Assembly (NCBI GenBank): GCA_046292385.1
Contig: JBKBRF010000016.1
Location: 32,001-96,000 of the forward strand
Source: Armatimonadota bacterium
GTDB lineage: Bacteria; Armatimonadota; SYMT01
Length of the DNA: 64,000 nucleotides
Direction of reading: 5' to 3'
In this document: in pieces, positions 9,152 through 17,453 of the stretch
Layout: each line of letters opens with the position of its first letter
Numbering within the stretch: position 1 is the first letter of the stretch
Position numbers and translations under genes: made by a program
The notes under the pieces: model-generated
The model's database searches: none
Seen by the model: only the letters and a program-made list of their open reading frames with translations
What the model was told of the DNA's origin: nothing

Positions 9152-10831
9152 TCAGGCACCCTTGCCCTCGCGCAGCTCCAGCACCTGGTCTGCTTCCGCG
9201 GCGCCGAAGCTCTCTACCGTGCCGTTCGGCCAGCGGACCTCGATGTCATCCACCCGGACTGCACCGCCGAGGCCAAACGTGGGCCAGAGGCTGTTCTGCG
9301 AGAGGTAGCTGGAGCCGCTGCGCACCATACGGCTCTGCGTCTGCCCGCCGGCGCGGATCCGCACGGAAGCCCCAATCGCACTCCGGTTTCCCCTGCGGCC
9401 GCGCAGACGGAGCTGGAGCCAGTGCGCGGAGGGTCGCCCCGACTGCCGCAGCAGCGCCGCCCTGCCGCCGCTCGTGGTGACCAGGATGTCCAGGTCGCCG
9501 TCCCCGTCGATGTCTCCGTAGGCCGCGCCGCGGGCCACGCGCGGCACGTTCAGCGCGCCCGCGGCGGAGGTGACGTCCGCGTACCGCCCGTCGCCCTGGT
9601 TCCGGAACAGGAGCGCGGCCTGGGCATAGCTCACGCCGCTGCTGCGCACCCCGGCATCGTCCTGGATGTGACCGTTCGCGACGAAGATGTCCTGGAGTCC
9701 GTCCAGGTCGGCGTCGAAGAAGAAGGTGCCGAAGCCGAGGTACCGCTGGCTCGGCGTGCCGATGCCGGCCCGCGCTGCCACGTCCATGAAGAGCCCCCGC
9801 TCGTCCCGGCGATAGAGGCTGAGCTGCTCTCCGGCGAAGTTGGTGATCAGGATGCCGTCCTGCCCGGTGTTGGCGTAGTCCGCCACGTCGATTCCCATCC
9901 CCGCCTTGGGGGCGCCGCCTTCCGCCACCGCCATGCCGGCCTGGACCCCCACCTCTTTGAACTTGCCGTTCCCCTGGTTGTGGAAGAGGAAGTTCGGGAC
10001 CATGTCGTTGCTTACCGCCAGATCGACCCACCCGTCCCGGTCGAAGTCGCAGAGCGCCACCCCGAGCGCCTTGGTGGCCGGCGCGTTGGCGACGCCGCTC
10101 TCCACCGAGACGTCCGTGAACCGGCCGCCCTCGTTCCGGAAGAGCTGGCACGCCTCCCCCTCGAAGCGGTCCGGCCGCGCGTACGAGCGGTTCACCCCGT
10201 CCAGCGAGAAGAACGGCTCGTTCTCCCGCGACCACCGCACGTAATGACAGACGAAGAGATCCAGCTTTCCGTCGCGGTTGTAATCGAGCCAGGCGGCGCT
10301 CGTCGGAAAGCCGGGCGTCCGGAGGCCCGTACGACCCGTCACGTCCTCGAAGCGACGGCCCCCCACGTTGCGGAGCAGCCGCGACCCGCCGAGGGCGGTG
10401 ATCAGCACGTCTTCGTAGCCGTCGTCGTCGTAGTCGCCCGCCGCCACGCCCATCCCGTAGAGGCCGCCGGGCACCCCGAATGCCTGAGTCGCATCCCGGA
10501 AGCGGCCATCCCCCTCGTTCAGGTAGAGCCGCGACTGCCCCCTTGCACCCCCGTCTCCCGGCCAGGAGGTGGAATCGACCAGGAACAGGTCGAGACGGCC
10601 GTCGCGGTTCACGTCGACCAGCGCGCAGCCGGAGCCCATCGTCTCCGGCAGGTGCTTCCGGCCGGCGGCGCCGTTCGTGTGGCGGAAGCGGATGCCGGCC
10701 TGCTCCGTCACGTCGTCGAAGTGGATCACCGCGGCCGCCGGCGTGGGAGCCGGCCGCAGCGGCGCCGGGTCCTGGGCGCAGCCCGCCAGCGCGAGGACGA
10801 GCCCGAGTCCGGGGAGCGCTCGCGAGATCAT
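9152..10831 (-). CDS. CRTAC1-family FG-GAP/VCBS repeat lipoprotein with ASPIC/UnbV domain
   Basis: Lipobox LAGC, ETMGSG, repeated DxxxDGxxDL, C-terminal GSSYLSQ...FGLG...VRWPNG. Confidence 0.9.
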   Translation of the reverse strand: MISRALPGLGLVLALAGCAQDPAPLRPAPTPAAAVIHFDDVTEQAGIRFRHTNGAAGRKHLPETMGSGCALVDVNRDGRLDLFLVDSTSWPGDGGARGQSRLYLNEGDGRFRDATQAFGVPGGLYGMGVAAGDYDDDGYEDVLITALGGSRLLRNVGGRRFEDVTGRTGLRTPGFPTSAAWLDYNRDGKLDLFVCHYVRWSRENEPFFSLDGVNRSYARPDRFEGEACQLFRNEGGRFTDVSVESGVANAPATKALGVALCDFDRDGWVDLAVSNDMVPNFLFHNQGNGKFKEVGVQAGMAVAEGGAPKAGMGIDVADYANTGQDGILITNFAGEQLSLYRRDERGLFMDVAARAGIGTPSQRYLGFGTFFFDADLDGLQDIFVANGHIQDDAGVRSSGVSYAQAALLFRNQGDGRYADVTSAAGALNVPRVARGAAYGDIDGDGDLDILVTTSGGRAALLRQSGRPSAHWLQLRLRGRRGNRSAIGASVRIRAGGQTQSRMVRSGSSYLSQNSLWPTFGLGGAVRVDDIEVRWPNGTVESFGAAEADQVLELREGKGA

Positions 10832-13104
10832 CGGACCGCCTCCAGCTCCCGCACCACCAGCGCCCGGCCATGCGGCGAGGCGGTGGCGCCGCGCAGCGCG
10901 GCCGGCGCGCTGTCGTCGCGCGCCAGCAGGCGGTAGAGCGTCTCCTCCCGCCGCGCCTCCGTGAGCCGGTTCAGGCGCTGGAAGCTCAGCATCAGGTTGT
11001 AGTGCGCGGCCACATCGACCGGATCGACGTCGAGCATCGCCTCGAACTCCCGGGCCGCCTCTCCGTGGCGCAGCTCCGCCATGTGCGCCAGGCCCAGCTC
11101 GTAGCGCAGGCGCCGGTCCCGCGGGAAGCGCTGGGTGAGCGGCCGGAGCATCGCCACCGCCGCGGCAGGCTGCCCCATGCGCCGGAGGACCGCCCCCAGC
11201 CAGGCCGCCGGCCGGTGATCGCCCGGCGCCAGGTGCCGCGCCCGCTCGAACTGCCCCTGGGCGGCCAGCAGGTCCCCTTCGTCCAGGTAGACCCGCCCCA
11301 ACGCCAGCAGCGCCTCCGCATCGGAAGGCGCCTCCGCCAGCGCGTGGCTCAGCGCCTGGATCGCGTGTGGATAGGCCTGCACCGCCCCGAGGGCGGTCCC
11401 GTAAGCAGCCCATCGGAGGGGGTTGGACGGAGCCCCCGCGTGGTCGCTGACTACCCCCGCGACGGCGTGGAGCTCCCGCTCCGGCCTCTCTCCCAGCCAG
11501 CGCGCCATCTCCGGACGGCGCCTCCGCAGGAGCCGCACCTCCACCCGGCCGATCCCGCCCGCCGGCATGCGCAGCTCGTAGCGGGCGAGGTCGGTCTCCC
11601 CGGCCGGAATACGCCGCCACTCCCGCACCGCCACCATCCGGTCGAGATCCCCGTGCCGGATCGCCTTCCCGTCGCGGTCGAGCGCCACCAGCCGGTAGGC
11701 GTGGACCTCCGCCGGCAGCGGCTCGTCCGGCCGGACCACCCCGGAGCGATAGACCTCTCGCCCCTGCCGGTCCCGCACCCGCACCTCCAGCCACGCCTCG
11801 TAGAGGTCCGGCATGCCGTAGGGGAAGTCGTGCCCCACCCCGTCGTTCCGCACCACCACGTCGAGCAGGAGCGGCTCCCCGGGCCTGGCATTCACCTCGG
11901 CGCCCGCGGGGGTGGGCAGCTCTCCCGGCATGGACGGGCGCCGGAAGAAGAGATCGAGCCCAAGCGGCCGCGGACGGTCGACATGCGGCGCGGTGTCTCG
12001 GGTGGTGTGACAGCCGGTGCAGCCGACCCGCCCCTCCGGCGTTCCGGCCGCGTAGAGCGCGGCGCCGCTGAACCGGCTCTCCTGCCAGTCTCCGTACTCG
12101 TCCGGCCCCGGCATCCACCGGTAGCGGTTCTGCGGCAGGTTCCACGCCTTGCGGTGACAGCCGGCGCACAGCTCCGGCGCGGTAAGGCGAGCCCGGTTCA
12201 GGTTCCGCTCCGTGTGCGCGTGGGGCCGCAGCCGCGCCGCCAGCAAGCTGCCGCCGGCCGGGGGCCCAGGCGGAATCGTGAGCGCCGCGCTGCCGTAGAG
12301 GCCGTGGACCTCCGCCGTGTGGCAGGAGGCACAGGAGAGCCCGCCCGCCTCGCTCGGCAGCGTCGCCCGCAGCGCCTCCGGCTCGTGGCAGCCCCGGCAC
12401 CACCGGGCCGCCTCCGTCCCCTGGCGCCGGGTGAAGTCGGCCAGCGTGGCCGGGTATGCCGCCCCGGAATCCTGGGCGGAGTGGAAGACGCCCGCACAGC
12501 CCTCCGGAGCGCGGTCATGGCAGGAGCGGCAGTCCGCGGGCGGGCGCCCCGTGCGGAGCGCGGAGGGGAACGTCTCGCTCTCCGCCTGCGCGGCGGTGGT
12601 CGCCGTCAGAAACCGGTAGGTGCTCTCGCCGTCATACTCCGGCGGCGAGAAGCTGGACCGCCGCGCCTCCGCAAAGGCGTAACCCGCGGAGAGCAGCACG
12701 AAACCGGCCGCGCCGGCCGCGATCCCATGCCGGGCGCTGAAGCCGCGCGCCTGCAGGAACGCCGCGGCCGCCAGCCCCAGCAGCAGCACGCCCGCGCCGA
12801 CGTGGGTCCAGACCAGCCCCGCCCGGAGGGAGCGCTCGAGCCCCGGCATCAGCGCCAGCAGTCCCCCGGCCGCGCAGAGCGCCAGCAGCACCGCCGAGAG
12901 CGGTCCCCGTCCCGCCGACCCGCGCGCCAGCACCAGGCCCAGCGGCAGAAGAATCGCGTGCAGAGGGATGGCGAGCACGTCGCCCAGCGATTGGAGATCC
13001 CAGCGCACCTCCGGCCCCCAGGCGAGCCACGCCGCGGCGGCGCCCCCCAGGAGGAGGCTGCCGCCGGCCAGAAGAGGAAGCGAGCGCGAGTGACGGAGAG
13101 ACAT
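10828..13104 (-). CDS. Membrane-anchored multiheme c-type cytochrome with C-terminal TPR repeats
   Basis: N-terminal TM helices, five CxxCH motifs (CRSCH, CRGCH, CASCH, CAGCH, CTGCH), GHDFPYG, TPR-like C-terminus. Confidence 0.85.
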   Translation of the reverse strand: MSLRHSRSLPLLAGGSLLLGGAAAAWLAWGPEVRWDLQSLGDVLAIPLHAILLPLGLVLARGSAGRGPLSAVLLALCAAGGLLALMPGLERSLRAGLVWTHVGAGVLLLGLAAAAFLQARGFSARHGIAAGAAGFVLLSAGYAFAEARRSSFSPPEYDGESTYRFLTATTAAQAESETFPSALRTGRPPADCRSCHDRAPEGCAGVFHSAQDSGAAYPATLADFTRRQGTEAARWCRGCHEPEALRATLPSEAGGLSCASCHTAEVHGLYGSAALTIPPGPPAGGSLLAARLRPHAHTERNLNRARLTAPELCAGCHRKAWNLPQNRYRWMPGPDEYGDWQESRFSGAALYAAGTPEGRVGCTGCHTTRDTAPHVDRPRPLGLDLFFRRPSMPGELPTPAGAEVNARPGEPLLLDVVVRNDGVGHDFPYGMPDLYEAWLEVRVRDRQGREVYRSGVVRPDEPLPAEVHAYRLVALDRDGKAIRHGDLDRMVAVREWRRIPAGETDLARYELRMPAGGIGRVEVRLLRRRRPEMARWLGERPERELHAVAGVVSDHAGAPSNPLRWAAYGTALGAVQAYPHAIQALSHALAEAPSDAEALLALGRVYLDEGDLLAAQGQFERARHLAPGDHRPAAWLGAVLRRMGQPAAAVAMLRPLTQRFPRDRRLRYELGLAHMAELRHGEAAREFEAMLDVDPVDVAAHYNLMLSFQRLNRLTEARREETLYRLLARDDSAPAALRGATASPHGRALVVRELEAVR

Positions 13105-13297
13105 GGTCCGATACGGTTTACGCAGGACTGGCCCCCGGCGTCCGCGAGCTTAACGAAGGCTAAGACTGCAAGCCCCGGAACGAACCGGCGGCGGTGGGCA
13201 GGACTCCCCGCGGCGGCTGCCGTATTGAGAGACCGGCGGGCGCGAGACCGCCGCGCCGGCACGACCTCGGGCCGCTGAACTCTGGAGGAACGCTGCA

Positions 13298-14746
13298 ATG
13301 TCCAGGCTCAACCGCAGACAGCTTTTTGAAGACGCGCTCTTCGCCGCCGCCGTCGCCGCCACCGCCGGCGGGGCCCGCAGCGCCGCGGCCCAGGCGCCGG
13401 TAGCCACCCGCAAGGTGGGCCCGAACGACCAGATTCGCGTGGCGGTCATTGGCGTGCGCGGGCGGGGCAAGGACCACCTGAGCGGCTTCCTGGCGATGAA
13501 CGACGTCCAGATCGCCGCCATCTGCGACTGCGACCTGAACGTGGTCGCGCCCGCGGTGAAGATGGTGACCGACAAGGGCCGCCCGGAGCCGAAGGTGGTG
13601 CAGGACCTCCGCCGGATCATGGACGACCCGACGATCGACGTCGTCTCGATCGCCACCTCCAACCACTGGCACTCCCTGGCCGGCATCTGGGCGATGCAGG
13701 CCGGCAAGGACGTCTACGTGGAGAAGCCGGTCAGCCACAACGTCCGCGAGGGGCGCGTGCTGGTCGATACGGCGCGCCGGTACCGCAAGATCTGCCAGGC
13801 CGGCACCCAGATCCGCTCGATGCAGGGCAGCCGGGACGCGATCCAGTTCCTGCACGACGGCAAGCTCGGCAAGATCCAGGTGGCCCGCGGCCTCTGCTAC
13901 AAGCCGCGCCCCAGCATCGGTAGGCTGGAGGCGGGCACGCCCCCGCCGGGGCTCGACTACGACCTGTGGGTCGGCCCCGCGCCGATGCGCCCGTTCCACC
14001 AGAACAAGTTCCACTACAACTGGCACTGGCAGTGGGACATGGGCAACGGCGATCTCGGCAACCAGGGCATCCACCAGGTCGACGTGGCCCGCTGGGGCCT
14101 CGGGAAGGACACGATGCCGGCCAGCGTGATCGGCTTCGGCGGACGCCTGGGCTACGAGGACGACGGCGAGACGCCGAACACCCACGTGGCGATCATGGAC
14201 TACGGCGACTCCCAGCTCATCTTCGAGACCCGCGGCCTCAAGACGAACGACTACCGCGGCGCGAAGGTCGGCAACGTCTTCCACTGCGATGACGGCTACG
14301 TGGTGCTCACCAGCTACACCGGCGGCGCCGCGTTCGACAGGAACGGCCAGATGGTCGCCAAGTTCCAGGGCGGCGGCGACCACTACCGCAACTTCATCGA
14401 CGCGGTCCGCAGCCGCAAGCACGAGACGCTGAACGGTGAGATCTACGAGGGCCATCTCTCCAGCGCCCTCTGCCACCTCGGCAACGTCTCCTACCTGGTC
14501 GGCGAGAAGGCGTCGTTCGATACCACCCCGCCCGGCATCAGCGGCAACGAGGAAGCGCTGGAGACGTTCGAGCGCTACAAGCAGCACCTGGGCGAGAACG
14601 GGGTCGACCTCTCCAAAGAGACCTACACCCTCGGCCGCAAGCTGACGATCGACCCGAAGAAGGAAAACTTCGGCAAAGACCGCGAGGCGAACGCGCTGCT
14701 CACGCGGGAGTACCGCAAGCCGTTCGTCGTGCCGAAGAAGGCGTAA
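13298..14746 (+). CDS. Tat-exported Gfo/Idh/MocA family oxidoreductase
   Basis: NRRQLF twin-arginine signal, IGVRGRG, YVEKPV, GDLGNQGIH; GGAGG RBS. Confidence 0.92.
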   Translation: MSRLNRRQLFEDALFAAAVAATAGGARSAAAQAPVATRKVGPNDQIRVAVIGVRGRGKDHLSGFLAMNDVQIAAICDCDLNVVAPAVKMVTDKGRPEPKVVQDLRRIMDDPTIDVVSIATSNHWHSLAGIWAMQAGKDVYVEKPVSHNVREGRVLVDTARRYRKICQAGTQIRSMQGSRDAIQFLHDGKLGKIQVARGLCYKPRPSIGRLEAGTPPPGLDYDLWVGPAPMRPFHQNKFHYNWHWQWDMGNGDLGNQGIHQVDVARWGLGKDTMPASVIGFGGRLGYEDDGETPNTHVAIMDYGDSQLIFETRGLKTNDYRGAKVGNVFHCDDGYVVLTSYTGGAAFDRNGQMVAKFQGGGDHYRNFIDAVRSRKHETLNGEIYEGHLSSALCHLGNVSYLVGEKASFDTTPPGISGNEEALETFERYKQHLGENGVDLSKETYTLGRKLTIDPKKENFGKDREANALLTREYRKPFVVPKKA

Positions 14747-14773
14747 CGGCGGCGGTTTCCGAGGCTTAGCTGA

Positions 14774-14811
14774 CAAGAGGGGCGCCTTCCGCGATGGAGG
14801 CGCCCCTCTTG
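14774..14811. terminator. Hairpin between convergent genes (likely bidirectional terminator)
   Basis: CAAGAGGGGCGCCT...AGGCGCCCCTCTTG. Confidence 0.7.
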
Positions 14812-14833
14812 CGGTACGGCACGTTGAAACACG

Positions 14834-15853
14834 CTATGCCGGCTTGAACCAGCGGCGGGTCCGGTTGGCGAAGGCGACCAGCGTGAGCATCACCGGGACC
14901 TCCACCAGTACGCCGACCACCGTCGCGAGCGCGGCGCCGGAGTGGAGGCCGAAGAGGGAGATCGCTACCGCCACCGCCAGCTCGAAGAAGTTGGAGGTGC
15001 CGATCATGCAGGCGGGAGCCGCGATGCGGTGCGGCAGCCGGAGGAGCCGCGCCAGCGCATACGACAGCGCGAAGATCCCGTACGACTGGATCAGCAGCGG
15101 CACGGCGATGAGCCCGATTACGAACGGCTGGGAGACGATCGTCTCCGCCTGAAAACCGAAGAGTAGTACCACCGTCGCCAGCAGCCCGGCGATCGACAGC
15201 GGCTTGAGCCGCGAGATGAAGGTGTTGAGGGCCTCGGCGCCGCGGAGCTCCAGGTGGCGCCGCGTCAGGACGCCAGCCCCGAGCGGCAGCACCACGTAGA
15301 GCACGACGGAGAGGAGCAGCGTCTCCCATGGAACGGTGACGTTCGTCACGCCGAGCAGCATCGCGGCGATCGGCGCGAACGCGAAGACCATTATCAGGTC
15401 GTTCACGGCCACCTGGACCAGCGTATAGTTGGGATCCCCCTCCGTGAGCTGGCTCCATACGAAGACCATCGCCGTGCATGGAGCCACTCCCAGCAGGATC
15501 ATGCCGGCCACGTACTCCCGAGCCGGCCCGGGCTCCACCAATCCTGCGAAGAGGTGGTGGAAGAACAGGACGCCGAGCGCCGCCATCGTAAATGGCTTGA
15601 TCAGCCAGTTGACCACCAGCGTCAGGAACAGTCCCTTCGGCCGCCTTCCGACACCCCGTACGGCGGCGAAGTCGATCTGCAGCATCATCGGGTAGATCAT
15701 CACCCAGATGAACAGCGCGACCACTAGGTTGACATGCGCGACCTCCAGCCCCGCCACCGCCTGAAACAGGCCGGGCGCCTGCAGCCCGAGGAGCACGCCC
15801 GCGAGGATAGCGAGAGCCACCCAGAGGGTCAGGTGCCGCTCAAACAGTCCCAA
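14834..15853 (-). CDS. acr3: Acr3-family arsenite efflux transporter
   Basis: [48 protein letters not shown] start with GGAG. Confidence 0.95.
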   Translation of the reverse strand: MGLFERHLTLWVALAILAGVLLGLQAPGLFQAVAGLEVAHVNLVVALFIWVMIYPMMLQIDFAAVRGVGRRPKGLFLTLVVNWLIKPFTMAALGVLFFHHLFAGLVEPGPAREYVAGMILLGVAPCTAMVFVWSQLTEGDPNYTLVQVAVNDLIMVFAFAPIAAMLLGVTNVTVPWETLLLSVVLYVVLPLGAGVLTRRHLELRGAEALNTFISRLKPLSIAGLLATVVLLFGFQAETIVSQPFVIGLIAVPLLIQSYGIFALSYALARLLRLPHRIAAPACMIGTSNFFELAVAVAISLFGLHSGAALATVVGVLVEVPVMLTLVAFANRTRRWFKPA

Positions 15854-15867
15854 GATAAAAAGCTCCG

Positions 15868-16290
15868 CTATCCCTGGACGTCGATCTGAGCGAGCTCCTG
15901 AACCAGAACCTCCACCCGCTGCCGCACCGCGTCCCGCACCGCGCGCACACCTTCCAGGGCCTGGCCATGCGGGTCCGGAAGTCCCCAGTCCTCGCTGATG
16001 TAGGTGCCCGCCGGACACACGGAGGCTTCCACACCGCACCCCATCGTGATGATGCGGCCCGCTCCCGACGCCATCTCCGGCGTCAGGAGCTTGGGAGCAT
16101 GTCCGGCCAGGCTAACGCCCACCTCTTCCAGCGCTGCGGCGGCGACGGGATTCACCCCGTCGCCTGGCGCCGTGCCGGCGGAGAGCGCCCGGACCCGCAG
16201 GCCGCGCTCGCTCGCCAGGTGGTTGAAGAATGCCTCCGCCATCTGGCTTCGGCCGGCGTTGTGCACGCAGACGAACAGCACCGGCTTCAT
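15868..16290 (-). CDS. arsC: Arsenate reductase, LMW-PTP type
   Basis: [21 protein letters not shown]...CP, DWxLxDP. Confidence 0.92.
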   Translation of the reverse strand: MKPVLFVCVHNAGRSQMAEAFFNHLASERGLRVRALSAGTAPGDGVNPVAAAALEEVGVSLAGHAPKLLTPEMASGAGRIITMGCGVEASVCPAGTYISEDWGLPDPHGQALEGVRAVRDAVRQRVEVLVQELAQIDVQG

Positions 16291-16833
16291 CTATCCCTCG
16301 CAGCAGACCCGCGGCCGATCCGCGACCTGACTCTGCAGCCGCGCCGGAACGGAGTGGACCTGTGACCCGGCGGCAGCGTTCTCGTCGTGCTCCGCGAGCA
16401 TGTCGTCGGTCAGCACGTAGACCTCCCACGCGTTCCCGTCCGGATCGTGCACCCACACCTTGTCCTGCCGCGCGAAGCAGCATACCGTGTCGCCCTCGTC
16501 GTAGACCGGGAGACCGGCGGCGGCGAACCGCTCGCGGGCCGCCTGGACTTCTTCCGGGGAATCGACCTGCAGCCCCAGGTGGTTGAGCGGCGTGCGGCCC
16601 TCACCGCTGGGCGGCAGCTCGTTCAGCGCCAGCTTCAGCGCCAGGTGGTCCGGCGCGAAGTTGGCGTAGCCGGGCCGGCGCTTGTGGGGGGCCACGCCCA
16701 GGAACGCCTGGTAGAACGCGACCGAGGCCTCGAGGTCCCGGACATTCAGCGAGAGATGGATGCGGGGCGACCCGCGGCGCGGCTCCTCCGCTAACAGCAC
16801 GCGCTCGCTCCCGGGGCAGCAACTTCCTGACAT
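16291..16833 (-). CDS. arsI: ArsI/CadI-family VOC metalloenzyme (putative C-As lyase)
   Basis: RIHLSLNVxDL, LNHLG, TVCCFARQDKVWVHDPDGNAWEVY. Confidence 0.85.
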   Translation of the reverse strand: MSGSCCPGSERVLLAEEPRRGSPRIHLSLNVRDLEASVAFYQAFLGVAPHKRRPGYANFAPDHLALKLALNELPPSGEGRTPLNHLGLQVDSPEEVQAARERFAAAGLPVYDEGDTVCCFARQDKVWVHDPDGNAWEVYVLTDDMLAEHDENAAAGSQVHSVPARLQSQVADRPRVCCEG

Positions 16834-17174
16834 GGTGCCGTCTCCTCATCTTCAGCGAAACTCCGGACCTGCTCCAGCACCTCCGGATTGACCGAACAGT
16901 AGATCCAGCGGCCCCGCTTCTCCATCCGGATCAGCCCGGCGAGTCGCAGCTCTTTCAGGTGATGCGAGATGGTCGACATGCTCCCGCCCACCCGGCAGCA
17001 GACTTCTCCTACCGATAGAGAGCCGGCCGGCCGAAGCTGACCCTCCTCGTCCATCTCCACGCCGCTGTCGGCTCCCGCGCAGCAGCGTAGCATCTGGAAG
17101 ATGGCGAGCCGCGTCGGATCACCCAGCGCTTTGAAGATCGAAGCGAGAGCTTCCACCGATGCTTCTACGTTCAT
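16791..17174 (-). CDS. arsR: ArsR/SmtB metalloregulator
   Basis: FKALGDPTRL, STISHHLKELRxAGLI, KRGRWIY; first gene of the ars operon. Confidence 0.9.
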   Translation of the reverse strand: MNVEASVEALASIFKALGDPTRLAIFQMLRCCAGADSGVEMDEEGQLRPAGSLSVGEVCCRVGGSMSTISHHLKELRLAGLIRMEKRGRWIYCSVNPEVLEQVRSFAEDEETAPCQEVAAPGASACC

Positions 17175-17453
17175 AGAAATATCGTATCTACAACTCGGCC
17201 CAACGTAAAGGAGCGTCCACGATTCTACTTCGCGGCGGCCCGATCGCACCGAGAGCGAACGACGGAGCGCCAGACGCGACACTTCTGGTGCTTGGCGAAA
17301 AACACGCCGGTAGCCGATGTATCAAAGTGGCGCTGGCGGTGTTTAGCTGAGCGGCTGCCGGGCAACCTATCAGGTTGGACCTGTCTCACAGTGGCCATTC
17401 ACTCTCTTCGCCCGCCCCCAAGCCGCGTCACCGGTGCGGCTGAAAGGTCCCGC

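Noticed and set aside
9152..12403. 1083-aa ORF, and similar extended ORFs at 3208, 23876, 28677 and 58509, as true fusions
   Set aside because: Their N-terminal parts are off-frame read-ins over neighbouring genes. Better starts exist at 10831, 3826, 25322, 27702 and 58170.
10480..13278. Very long antisense or alternate-frame ORFs (also 13160-14776, 17457-19346, 49612-51852 and others)
   Set aside because: Shadow ORFs typical of high-GC DNA, overlapping well-supported genes and with no recognisable motifs.
5689..17174. A single metal/metalloid resistance island linking the Sec-HMA locus and the ars operon
   Set aside because: They are separated by unrelated genes, with no mobility genes or visible compositional boundary.
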